From positions 558,001 to 622,000 of the forward strand of contig OW569351.1 in the NCBI GenBank assembly GCA_937625935.1: 64,000 bases of DNA. Reading direction: 5' to 3'. Positions 54,180 to 63,779 of this stretch are shown here, in pieces. The notes under the pieces were generated by a model. That model searched no databases, was not told the DNA's origin, and saw only the letters and a list, made by a program, of their open reading frames with translations. The stretch comes from Tetramitus jugosus. Lineage: Eukaryota; Protista; Heterolobosea. Position 1 is the first letter of the stretch. Every line of letters begins with the position of its first letter. The translations under genes were made by a program, and so were the position numbers.

Positions 54180-56093
54180 ATGCCACGAGGCGTGCCTAAG
54201 GACGGCAAGAGAAAGAGAAAGAGAGAGACTGTCAAAAAGAATGAATACTCATCACATTACGTGGTCAAGGTCGGTCTGAAGTCTCTGTTGTTGCATCATC
54301 CAACTCTGTTACCAATCATACAGACTCAAGCTCTGGAGATTACAAGGATTGCTCTTCGACTCACAAGATTTATAAACATATTCGTTTTGAGGCACTTGGA
54401 GTCTGACTATCAAATCCCTTTATTAGATCAAGTGTTTCTTCAAAGATTAGGTTCTGTGTTGTTTGGACGCAATTCAAAACCAAGAGACAATAACTTAAGT
54501 CTCATCAACGAGTCTGTCAACATGGACGATGTAGTAGTCAAACTCAGAAAGATTTATCAGAGTTTTGCCACGTCCATCAATTATGTTGCCAGGTCTCTCA
54601 ATGTCAACATCTCCAACATGCTCAAGTTCACATTGGAACCAAGACTGAGGAAGTATCTGAGGGTCAGAATGAATCAACTACACAGTGACTCATCTATTCC
54701 AAAGTCAGAACAAAGAAGGGTTGTTGAATACATTATCAGAAGGTTGACATTTAGCACTCCTGTCCACGATTTTATCAAATTGCCTCCAAAAGAGTTGATA
54801 GAGACGATTCCTGTGTTGATCCGAGAGGTTCGAACACTTGTTGATGCTAAAACTGATGAAGTAATTGATGAATCATTTGTGAAGAACAACACCAATAACA
54901 TGCTGAAGTTTTACTGGCATGTTCAACAATTTCTGATCAACAATGATATGAAATCGTTTGCACTACTTCCTTTGTCTCATTTCAAGTGCAGGTGTATGGA
55001 GATTGGCACAAAGGAATTAGTTGATATGCTTAAACAGAAGAAACAAGGAAGACAAAAGAAGGGCGAGGAGTCAACTGAATTGAAGTGTAATCTCAAGTGT
55101 TTGAATGTTGGAACAAAGAAGATTCAAATCGACTCTATCAGAACTGACGGTATTCAGGCCTCTGTTGTTCTCAGACATCAACTCATTGGCAATCACAAGA
55201 ACAATAAGGCAAAGGAATCCAAGGGCCAGAAAGAAGCAAAGAAGAGAAAGAAAGAAACAAGTATGAACGAAGGTGCTGAATATTTGGTTGGGATTGACCC
55301 GGGTATTGTTACGTTGGTGAGTTGTGCAGATTCAGATGGCAAGAAGTGGGAGTTTTCTAACAAAACATATAGACATCTGTCCCACCATTCAAAAAACTCC
55401 AAGCGATTGCTGAAATACAAAGCAGAATGGAACGAAATGAATGAGAAGAACTTGGATGAACTCCAAAACTCAATCAAACAGGCCGGTGTACCAACAAGTG
55501 GTCTGTTCCTTGAACACATCAATTCTGTGTTGAAAGTCGAGGATGATTTGTTGAATTTTTATTGCACCCCAAAGGTGAAGAGACTGAATTGGGATAGCTA
55601 TATAATGAGAGATAAGACGATTGCCAATGTTATGAATGACTTTCGAAAGAGAGCAAATGGAAGAAGCATGTTAATTGGGATGGGCAATGCTGGTTTTGGT
55701 CATTGTTACAAAGGACATGCTCCAACACCAAAAGGAAAGCTATTGAAAAAGTTGAATGAGCACTTCAAAGTGAAAATGATCGACGAGTTCATGACAAGTC
55801 AGAAATGTCATCATTGCCATTCTCACATGAAGCCAGTCAAGCATAAGAGAATAGACAAGAATGGAACGTTGAATGTCTCTGTCGTCCGAGGAGTTAAACA
55901 GTGTGCAACCACTAAATGTTTAGTGACTCACAACAGAGACATCAATGCGGCCAAGAACATGCTCCATCTACTGAGAACAGAAATGGATGGACAGTCACGT
56001 CCCGATGCCTTCAAGAGGAAGAAAAAGGTCGCAAAAGAATTAATCAAAATGGTGGAACACCTCCAAGGCTCACTCCATCAAGCTGCTATGTAA
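54180..56093 (+). CDS. Fanzor: Fanzor (Fanzor1-type) TnpB-like RNA-guided endonuclease
   Basis: RuvC-I VGIDPG (D373), RuvC-II IDEFMTSQKC (E536), Zn finger CHHC..CATTKC and RuvC-III NRDINAAKNM (D587); RTDG motif; NLS-like KRKRKR; 637 aa, intronless. Confidence 0.93.
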   Translation: MPRGVPKDGKRKRKRETVKKNEYSSHYVVKVGLKSLLLHHPTLLPIIQTQALEITRIALRLTRFINIFVLRHLESDYQIPLLDQVFLQRLGSVLFGRNSKPRDNNLSLINESVNMDDVVVKLRKIYQSFATSINYVARSLNVNISNMLKFTLEPRLRKYLRVRMNQLHSDSSIPKSEQRRVVEYIIRRLTFSTPVHDFIKLPPKELIETIPVLIREVRTLVDAKTDEVIDESFVKNNTNNMLKFYWHVQQFLINNDMKSFALLPLSHFKCRCMEIGTKELVDMLKQKKQGRQKKGEESTELKCNLKCLNVGTKKIQIDSIRTDGIQASVVLRHQLIGNHKNNKAKESKGQKEAKKRKKETSMNEGAEYLVGIDPGIVTLVSCADSDGKKWEFSNKTYRHLSHHSKNSKRLLKYKAEWNEMNEKNLDELQNSIKQAGVPTSGLFLEHINSVLKVEDDLLNFYCTPKVKRLNWDSYIMRDKTIANVMNDFRKRANGRSMLIGMGNAGFGHCYKGHAPTPKGKLLKKLNEHFKVKMIDEFMTSQKCHHCHSHMKPVKHKRIDKNGTLNVSVVRGVKQCATTKCLVTHNRDINAAKNMLHLLRTEMDGQSRPDAFKRKKKVAKELIKMVEHLQGSLHQAAM

Positions 56094-56200
56094 GTCCCGA
56101 TTATGTAGGAGCGTTAAGGTGTCTTCTCGGGAAATCATAATTTTTTTATTATGGGTTTTATTTCACCGAACTACATCCTTAAGGTGTGATGTGTTCATTT
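56094..56200 (+). ncRNA. Candidate Fanzor omegaRNA (scaffold through right TIR, plus flank-derived guide)
   Basis: Lies between the Fanzor stop and the right end. Stems TCCCGA/TCGGGA and CATAAT/ATTATG; ATGTAG can pair with CTACAT in the TIR. Boundaries are inferred. Confidence 0.65.
56167..56178 (-). repeat. Right terminal inverted repeat
   Basis: CGAACTACATCC, followed by TTAA (56179-56182). Confidence 0.88.
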
Positions 56201-56268
56201 TATCGGCTTTGTAGCCAACCAGTGGTCAAAAAGCGGAACAACAGGAAACATTCACGAGTTCGATCATT

Positions 56269-56748
56269 GTGGATGCAAGGAGGTTAGTGATCAAGTGGCT
56301 ACTTGACAGTTGCTTTGAATTGTCTGTTCCGTGTCTAAAGAGCACAAAATCAGAGCATGACGAGGATGGTAGTGAGGATGGTGAGGAGGAGAATCATCGT
56401 GGAGATGCCTTCCCATCGAAAAAGCAAAAAAGAAGTGAAGAGATTGAGTTTGCCAGTGGTCCTGATGCGTTGCAAGTGATTGGTGAGATGGAACGTGACA
56501 TGTTTTGTCAAAATTTACTCGCCTTGTTGAAATTGTCAGTGTCGGATCAATTGAGTACCAATACGTTTGTTATCGATGGTGTAAATCAGATTCAGATGCT
56601 TCAAGTGGGAGAAACGAAACAAGAAGAAACATTCAACTCGGACGAGTCGTTGTTTGCGGTTTTCCTGGAGCTTTGGCACTGCATTTCTTTTCACAATCTT
56701 AGCTCATGGCTAGTGGAAAGGAACTCTGGTGATTGTTGTGAATCATAA
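56269..56748 (+). pseudogene. Unidentified ORF, probably a gene fragment
   Basis: 159-aa ORF with protein-like composition but no clear ATG start. Confidence 0.3.
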
Positions 56749-56783
56749 GGAGAAGCAGGATCATTTCATTTTGATATACAACC

Positions 56784-57851
56784 TCACTCAGCAGCTCTAT
56801 TTACTATTAGTAGATCAGAAGCACCATCTCCACCTCCACCCCACCCAAATTTTTGAGTAATATCGGACAAGGGTGTTCTCTCTTTTGAAGGTTGTACAGT
56901 CGACCTTCTAATCTCTTTGTTAATATTCTGAAGATGCTTCCATGCATCACTCATGTACATTCTCTGACGCCAATCAGTAATCATACAGCCTCCAATTATC
57001 GCTTTTAGGTGATTGAAGCAAGGAGCATATTCTTCACCAAAAACTGAACTAAAGGTTTCGTATGCCTCATTCATGTATTTGGATATCATACTATGGCACT
57101 TTTGGTTTTCGATAGTGTTTGTGACAGGCTGAATGAAGCATTCATCCCCTGTCAACATCAATTTTAGATAATGGGCAAATAAAACACCAATCGAAAAGAT
57201 ATCCATGGCTGTATTGATAAGAAAATCGTCCCCACATACAAATGGTCGTGTTCTTCCAATAGTACCCGTTATTGAATGAGTCAATGAGTAGCTGCAATTC
57301 ATATCGATAATAACAGCATCATGCAATTCAAAGTCATTTTCCACAACTATGTTCGATTTTCTGAACATGACGTTCCAAATCGATAGGTCACCATGAATAA
57401 TAGTCTTCCTATGCAATTCCTTTACACCTTTCATTATTCCAATCATTAGGTGACAAAGGATTTTCAATTTAGATCCCCCTGAAAGTTTTTGAATCTTACT
57501 GTAACTCAAATATTGGTCAAAGGGTACAAGTGTTTCTGTAACTGTTAAGTAGCACATTTTCCAGTATTTCACTTGTATTTCACTCTCCATTTTAGTTTTC
57601 CACTCAATAGGTGCCTTATTCACTCGTTCATGTTTCAAAATTTGAACCAAATTCATATGTTTCGGCACTTCACTCATTACTTTCTCTTCATCAACTGTTC
57701 CAATTGAAAGTTTCACAAACACTGGATATTGTGTTGATTGTGATTTTTGAGAGATAAAAGCAAAGCATTTGCTATTGTGCATCAACTCTCTGTTAATCGT
57801 AAATCCTAGCTCCAGTACAATCTCTGCCATTGATGAACAGTAATTCGTCAT
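56784..57851 (-). CDS. Divergent protein kinase domain (probably the 3' half of the upstream gene)
   Basis: VFVK, IIHGDLSIWNVMF, IIDMN (at the DFG position) and DIFSIG. Confidence 0.8.
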   Translation of the reverse strand: MTNYCSSMAEIVLELGFTINRELMHNSKCFAFISQKSQSTQYPVFVKLSIGTVDEEKVMSEVPKHMNLVQILKHERVNKAPIEWKTKMESEIQVKYWKMCYLTVTETLVPFDQYLSYSKIQKLSGGSKLKILCHLMIGIMKGVKELHRKTIIHGDLSIWNVMFRKSNIVVENDFELHDAVIIDMNCSYSLTHSITGTIGRTRPFVCGDDFLINTAMDIFSIGVLFAHYLKLMLTGDECFIQPVTNTIENQKCHSMISKYMNEAYETFSSVFGEEYAPCFNHLKAIIGGCMITDWRQRMYMSDAWKHLQNINKEIRRSTVQPSKERTPLSDITQKFGWGGGGDGASDLLIVNRAAE

Positions 57852-57913
57852 GAGATTTCTTGAGGAGCTTGAGGACGATGTAGAACCCCTATCTCTTTGC
57901 CCTTATATCCCTT
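57827..57913. repeat. Direct repeat copy 1 (~88 bp)
   Basis: CCATTGATGAACA.TAATTCGTCATGAGATTTCTTGAGGAGC...CCCTTATATCCCTT recurs at 59094-59183. Confidence 0.9.
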
Positions 57914-59033
57914 GTTGTTACGACTGGAAGAATTATCTTTGTTGTTCTTTCGTTGACGATAGTCATTGTTGTCATTTTCATCATTATTTTCATTATTGTT
58001 GTCATCACTATCATCATTATTGAGGTAATCCTGCTTGTTGTACGTTAATTCAAATCTTTTTTCAAAGATTCCGTGCCTAAGAGTTCCTTTTCTAACATGA
58101 CAGCCATACTGGTCTCTCCAAATGAGATCAACTTCACAATTTCTTGCTCCCGAGAGAATATGCAATTGACTGTCTTGTTGGATAAAACCTAGAGAGCGTT
58201 TCGCTATTACTAGGGAAGTCAATAATCTATCTTGCAACTGTTGACTCATTTCCTCAGTTGTCATATCGACATCTAGTTGTCTCATAATTCTATGAACATT
58301 CGAAAATATCTTCATATCAATTTCTGGTAACTCTACACAGCATTTTTTGAGAGCAGCACCACAAGCGAACATGTCGGTCACTATTTCACACTTTACAACA
58401 GATGTGGTAAGCTTCAGTTTTTTGGGTGTTTCTTGGATGAGTGTCTCTTCTTTTTTCTTTGGTTCCGGTGTTCTTGGGATCAAATCATCTGATGATCGCT
58501 CGGATGTTTCCTCTTGTTTCTTGAGAGGTGTATCATCATACTTAATCAACCAAGAATTTAGAAATTGTTCTAATGGTTGTGGCAAGGCAGGAATGTCAGC
58601 ATTATGAACGACAACATCATTCTTGTGTTTCCCCCAAATTGGTTTGTTCAGTCGAAATTGCAGTTCAGCTGCCAAACCTCTTATCAATTCCACTTCATCA
58701 GAAAGTGTTCCTTGTGTCTCTAGCTTTTTAGTTACTTGGTTAATCTTTCTTAACAGCCTGGAGACCTCCTCGCTGTTGATCGTCCCACTTGATGAAACAT
58801 GTTCTTGGATCCTATTGTTGATGTACTCTTCTTCATCTTCACTGCCACCACTGGGCTGATAATTTTGGTCCTTCGAATCATCTGCTGGTTCTTCCTCTCT
58901 TTCATCTTCAGTCTTGTTCTTCTTGTTTGGATGACCTGAAGTACGTATTAGATGGCAGAGCACAGAGAAAAAAAACTGAACAATTCATACCATTTGCTTC
59001 AGCATCACGAACCCTCTTTCCATTCCTCAGCAT
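57848..59033 (-). CDS. Unknown protein, N-terminal partner of the kinase ORF; intron 58936-58990
   Basis: MLRNGKRVRDAEAN-G-HPNKK joined by a GTATGA..TTCAG intron; its stop overlaps the kinase ATG (ATGA). Confidence 0.6.
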
Positions 59034-59093
59034 TTTTTTCTTGTCCGTTAGGTCTTTTCGCGGGAAGGAAACAGCATCAAGCGAACCCATGAA

Positions 59094-59183
59094 CCATTGA
59101 TGAACAATAATTCGTCATGAGATTTCTTGAGGAGCTTGAGGACGATGTAGAACCCCATCTCTCTCTTTGCCCTTATATCCCTT
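59094..59183. repeat. Direct repeat copy 2
   Basis: Near-identical to 57827-57913, with a small indel in the CT tract. Confidence 0.9.
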
Positions 59184-59189
59184 CTTTCT

Positions 59190-59819
59190 TTGAAGGCTGG
59201 TCATGCACAACGGCCTTCTAGCATGGAGGACGAATCCATTTGTCAACAAGAGTTCTTGGATGATTCCAGACTTGAATGGCCAACCATTCCATGGATTAGG
59301 ATTATGGGATGTTCCGCCGGAGTATTGCGATTACAACAAAATTCAGTCACTTCAAAATCCACCCACAGCTGAAGCGTCAAAAGTACCCGTTGTTCGTTGT
59401 ATAGTTTGTAGAGTTCTTCAATGGTTGTTGCATGAACAGTGAATCCTTGAGATTATTTTGATACAACCGCTTGTTCTTAAGGTGGCGGTTTGACTCGGCC
59501 AAGAAGACTCTCGTCGTATTTAAACCTTAAGTGATTGTCATGGGAAAATGCTCTTTCTTACGACAAGAAGCAAGATAATTTCAAAATTGCTGCTAGAGTT
59601 CTGAAACTTATACACTCTTTACAAACCATTGTAGAAAGCTTCTTGGTCCAACATACCTACAGTCCCAAACCTAAGAGAGCTAAGAGGACTACAGAATCTG
59701 AGGAAGAGGGTGAGAATTTCCAACAATTGTGTTTTTCATTACTTTATCGGCTCACTACCTTCCATAGATCTTTGCCTTATCGTGTTGAAAGCCTTTCACA
59801 AAGACTAACGTCGCTGTGA
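59190..59819 (+). pseudogene. Degenerate coding remnants
   Basis: Successive short protein-like ORFs broken by stops and frameshifts. Confidence 0.3.
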
Positions 59820-60006
59820 TCAAGTACATACATGGGAACTTCAACCATAGTGATTCTTTTTTATGCTGTTTTAGGAAATTCCCTGAGCCACAGTTTAGAC
59901 TGTTCGAGAGAAAGATTATTAGTGGAATGCCCAGGCTAACTCTAGGTCCCACAACAAGGCGAAGTCGAGTGAAAGAAAAAACATAAGCCATCTATTCGAA
60001 AGTAGA

Positions 60007-60843
60007 TTGAAGGGCAATGTACGCAGTGTGAAGGAGGTAATCCCCTCATACAGAGTGGCTAGGAATCAAGTCAAGGAGTTCATTTTCAAATTTCTATCTA
60101 CAATGTATGATGATAATGAAGGTACGGAAAATAATTTGAACTCTAAAGTTGAAGATGATGATTGGGTGAAGTTGAGGACTGAGTTGTGCAAGTATCAATG
60201 GGCAAAGAAAGGAGAGAACACATATGTGATCTATCAACTTTTGGCTATTTACTGTTCTGTGGCTAACTTTTTTTCGATCGATTTGCATAATGACCAACAA
60301 GGGGGGAACAGGATGTTCTTGTGGACCAAAATTTTATTCACATTGTTTGACTTGAACTTAATAGAGAGAGCTTCTCTAGACCGAATAACATTCGGAGGAC
60401 TTCTCGAGTTTTGGATCCTAATTGTATCCGGTCATTGGATTCAGGAGCTTTGGGAGTTCATCGATGATGAAGAAAATGCATGGCATGAACTTCAATCTTG
60501 TCCAAACCACAGGACATGTGTCTTATCTGGTCCTAATATGGATGAAACAGGGGATTATTTTATGTCCATGTTACAGCAAGGGGTGTACAGAGTATCTCAC
60601 GATGAAGACGTAAAAATTCTGGACGAGGAGCAGGATTCATCTTCATTCCTGGATAAGGAAGAACTTCAATATTTGTTCGAGGGACTTAGATCCTCAACTG
60701 ATGAGGATGAGGAGGTTTCAACTGTATCAAAGAAAGTAACACCCAAGAAGACCTCCAAGGCCTCCAAGAAACCTGATACTATTGACCAGGTCACAGTACT
60801 AACCAAACCAAGAAGTTCTTCAAGAAGAATTTCATCACCTTAA
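60007..60843 (+). CDS. Hypothetical protein (5' end uncertain)
   Basis: 278-aa ORF followed by AATAAA. Confidence 0.45.
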   Translation: MKGNVRSVKEVIPSYRVARNQVKEFIFKFLSTMYDDNEGTENNLNSKVEDDDWVKLRTELCKYQWAKKGENTYVIYQLLAIYCSVANFFSIDLHNDQQGGNRMFLWTKILFTLFDLNLIERASLDRITFGGLLEFWILIVSGHWIQELWEFIDDEENAWHELQSCPNHRTCVLSGPNMDETGDYFMSMLQQGVYRVSHDEDVKILDEEQDSSSFLDKEELQYLFEGLRSSTDEDEEVSTVSKKVTPKKTSKASKKPDTIDQVTVLTKPRSSSRRISSP

Positions 60844-61234
60844 TTGATTTTAGTATAAAAAAATAAAGATGTCACTTTTGGCTTATGAAAGAAGTAACTC
60901 ATCTCCTTCATTTACCAGAGCTGTTTCGTACATACACTGTTAATGTTGACTATTCGAATCAGAACATTCCCAAAGCATCGCACCATCTCCTGACGCTCCA
61001 ACGACGTTCTTAGATGCAAACCAATTTGAAACTCGATCTACACTAGGATCATGAATACGTATCGGGTGGCATACGCAGTTGGAATCACAACTACTGAAGT
61101 TCAACCGAACGTATTCAATGAACCGATTCTACCGAATACACAAGAACAAAAAGTCATTCCAATATTCAACTAAATCGGGGCAATTATCATGTTCGCCAAG
61201 TCGTGTTATTTTCTAGGCTTTTGCCCGCCGCCCG

Positions 61235-63382
61235 ATGCATCCTTTTTCAAAAGGACAAGAGATGAGCAATTATCAAACCGGTCATCAGTCTTGGAACATT
61301 ATTAATCAGCCACTTAAGAATCCGAACAATGGATTCCAGCTCGGACCTTCAGATAAAGAAGTTGTCACACCTGCCGTTGTTGTTAAAGACAAAAGAATGG
61401 TGGCTAAGAAGATGCAGGAAGCCAATTGGGAACCAATACTTTTTAAGGATGGTGCTACCTCTCTCTCAGTCCATAGTATTGATTCTGTTGATGATCTTGA
61501 TTTTTCTGCTGTTTCTTCTTCGAAGATCCGTTCGAAGACCAGTTCCAAATCGAAGAAACGTGGGACAAAATCGCATCGTGTTCTGTTGGATCAATTGAGA
61601 ATCGAAGACAGTCTTCCAGTCGACCAAACCAAAATGGACGAAAGCATGTCGTATGTAGAATTGGGTGTCGAGAGGGGTGACACGTTGGAACATGTTTATG
61701 ATGAGCATATGAGAGTGGGAAACTACGCATATGATATCATTGTCCCTCATCATATTCTTGAGCCATTTCGACAGTTTGTACCCGCAGAATTGCAACCGGA
61801 GTATAGATACAATATATTTTCTCAAGAAAAGGAGCTGAAGACGCACTATGCCTACTTGGGCTGCCATGGAACTGGCACAGGCATTCACTGGGACATCTTT
61901 TCCTCCATTGGAATCAATCAAATGGTAGGTATCTACTACCCGGACAAGAAAGCAGATGTCTGTATCATCGGTTCCAAGGATAAAGATATCAAGGCTCAAA
62001 AAGACTCGATGTATGCTATATGGGTGTTTGGGGCTCCCCAACACCGTGAGGCTCTTCTCTCAAAGGTCCACAACTTGGCTACTGGTAAGAGATTCCTGCA
62101 TTGGAGAAAGATATCAGATCTGGGATTGCCTTGTGTTTTTTTGAAGCAAAGTATTGGTGATATCGTCATCATACCTCCTGGTTGGTTGCATCAGGTTTCC
62201 AACGTCAGTCATGACATGGATAAGGATGAGCGAGCCTGCTTAAAGATAGCATGGAACGTACTGCATGTCAAGGATTTACCACTTACAAATGCAGAGTACG
62301 AAGTCCATCGAGCATATCACAGGGATACTACCTATGTGGTCCGCGCGTCTGCGTTTAGGTGTCTTTCTAATTTGCTAAACATGCATAAGCATAGTGATAA
62401 GGATAAGGAAGTCGTTCGAACGCTTTACAGTACCTTATCGCACTGGTTTGATGAGATAAGGCTTGATATTGATGTCATTCCCAGTTTGACACCAAACAAG
62501 GATTGTCTCACCTCCTATATGTGCTCTAGATGTGCCACTGATTTATTTGTCTTTGGATTCAACTGTTCTAGTTGTTACTCATTTCTCATTTGCCACAAGT
62601 GTGTCCTGATGAATGATACTTTGTGTCATCCTGAGAATTACAAGGTAGTTAGAACGAACGATGTAGCATTCGAGGACGTCGACAAAACTCTGTCCAAAGC
62701 TCGAAGTCATCTGGAACAGTGGAATATTCAAATTGAACCAAATGAAGTCCCAAAGTTCACTTGTGCCATGGCTCTTCAAAAGATTGAATATGAAAGAAGC
62801 AAGATGATGCTCCAGAAATTTCAACAATTGCTATTGAACGATAACGAACTGAAAGGCAAGTTGAAGAAATGTCACTTTTTTGAAGATGAAGAAAATGGCC
62901 TGGTTATCAGAGAGCTCACTCAACTGGAACTAATAATTGAAGCAACAAAGGTCGAACAACATTACCTCTGGAAATTCAACTCTCGAAACATCTTACGTTT
63001 CGCAATCAAGGCCATAACTCCCGAGGATGTGATAGTGTTGAATATTCATCAAAACTTTCTATCCGATAATCACAAAGTCCAGATGGAGATTCTTTTGGGT
63101 CCAATGAAACCGTTGGTGTCAATATTGAATTTATTGAATGATAAACCTGAGGATGATCGAGAAGGTGCCATCATTGCTCTGACCGGCATTTTGCAATCAA
63201 TCACGGATATAGGAAACAAGGCAATTAAGAGCAAAGGAGATGTACAAGAACCACCAAGAAAGAAACAAAGACTTCCAGCTGAAGGCTTCTGTTTGTCAAT
63301 TGGAAAGCTGGTTCGAGTATGTGATAGTATTGATCAATGGTACTACCACAACGAACAAAAGAATATTATTTTCATGATTTAA
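61235..63382 (+). CDS. JmjC-domain protein with Cys-rich zinc finger
   Basis: YLG..GTGTGIHWD (HxD), QSIGDIVIIPPGWLHQVSN, LKIAWN, then CSRC..CSSC..CHKC. Confidence 0.85.
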   Translation: MHPFSKGQEMSNYQTGHQSWNIINQPLKNPNNGFQLGPSDKEVVTPAVVVKDKRMVAKKMQEANWEPILFKDGATSLSVHSIDSVDDLDFSAVSSSKIRSKTSSKSKKRGTKSHRVLLDQLRIEDSLPVDQTKMDESMSYVELGVERGDTLEHVYDEHMRVGNYAYDIIVPHHILEPFRQFVPAELQPEYRYNIFSQEKELKTHYAYLGCHGTGTGIHWDIFSSIGINQMVGIYYPDKKADVCIIGSKDKDIKAQKDSMYAIWVFGAPQHREALLSKVHNLATGKRFLHWRKISDLGLPCVFLKQSIGDIVIIPPGWLHQVSNVSHDMDKDERACLKIAWNVLHVKDLPLTNAEYEVHRAYHRDTTYVVRASAFRCLSNLLNMHKHSDKDKEVVRTLYSTLSHWFDEIRLDIDVIPSLTPNKDCLTSYMCSRCATDLFVFGFNCSSCYSFLICHKCVLMNDTLCHPENYKVVRTNDVAFEDVDKTLSKARSHLEQWNIQIEPNEVPKFTCAMALQKIEYERSKMMLQKFQQLLLNDNELKGKLKKCHFFEDEENGLVIRELTQLELIIEATKVEQHYLWKFNSRNILRFAIKAITPEDVIVLNIHQNFLSDNHKVQMEILLGPMKPLVSILNLLNDKPEDDREGAIIALTGILQSITDIGNKAIKSKGDVQEPPRKKQRLPAEGFCLSIGKLVRVCDSIDQWYYHNEQKNIIFMI

Positions 63383-63779
63383 TACAAGCAGAAGATAGAC
63401 AGAGAGGGTACCGACTACATTGTAGATAATAAAGAGGTTTGAAAGTTGCCATACCTAGAAATTCATTTGCGGTATCTTCACTCCTTGATCCTATCCCTCG
63501 AACAGAGATACGTTTATCATCTCAAACATAGATGGAAGTGCAACTACGGACGATATTGAACCAGGATACGTTTGTGATAGCAAACGTCTGTGAGTTCACA
63601 ACTACGGTTGTTCAACTTTCCAACATGGACAAAACAGACAATGACAAGTTGATTTCAAACAAATAACTAAAGAAATAAAATGAATCCCTGTAGTGACATC
63701 ATCCTCTATTTATTCGACCAGTATATCGACACGCGTCAATACTTTTTCCATACAACCATGACTGGATTGAAGTGCTACA

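Larger units (their letters stand above)
52507..56178 (+). mobile_element. Non-autonomous Fanzor-encoding DNA transposon (TIRs, TTAA flanks, captured cargo)
   Basis: TTAA|GGATGTAGTTCG (52503-52518) and CGAACTACATCC|TTAA (56167-56182) form a perfect 16-bp inversion enclosing a Fanzor ORF; no transposase is visible inside. Confidence 0.88.

Noticed and set aside
54180-56093. Bacterial contamination (IS200/IS605 TnpB or Cas12)
   Set aside because: No TnpA, cas genes or CRISPR array; it has NLS-like motifs, a host-style leader, TIR/TTAA ends and is embedded among intron-containing eukaryotic genes.
59465-59530. AACCGC/GCGGTT hairpin around CTTAAGGTG, similar to the right-junction sequence
   Set aside because: The match is only ~9 bp with no TIR; consistent with chance.
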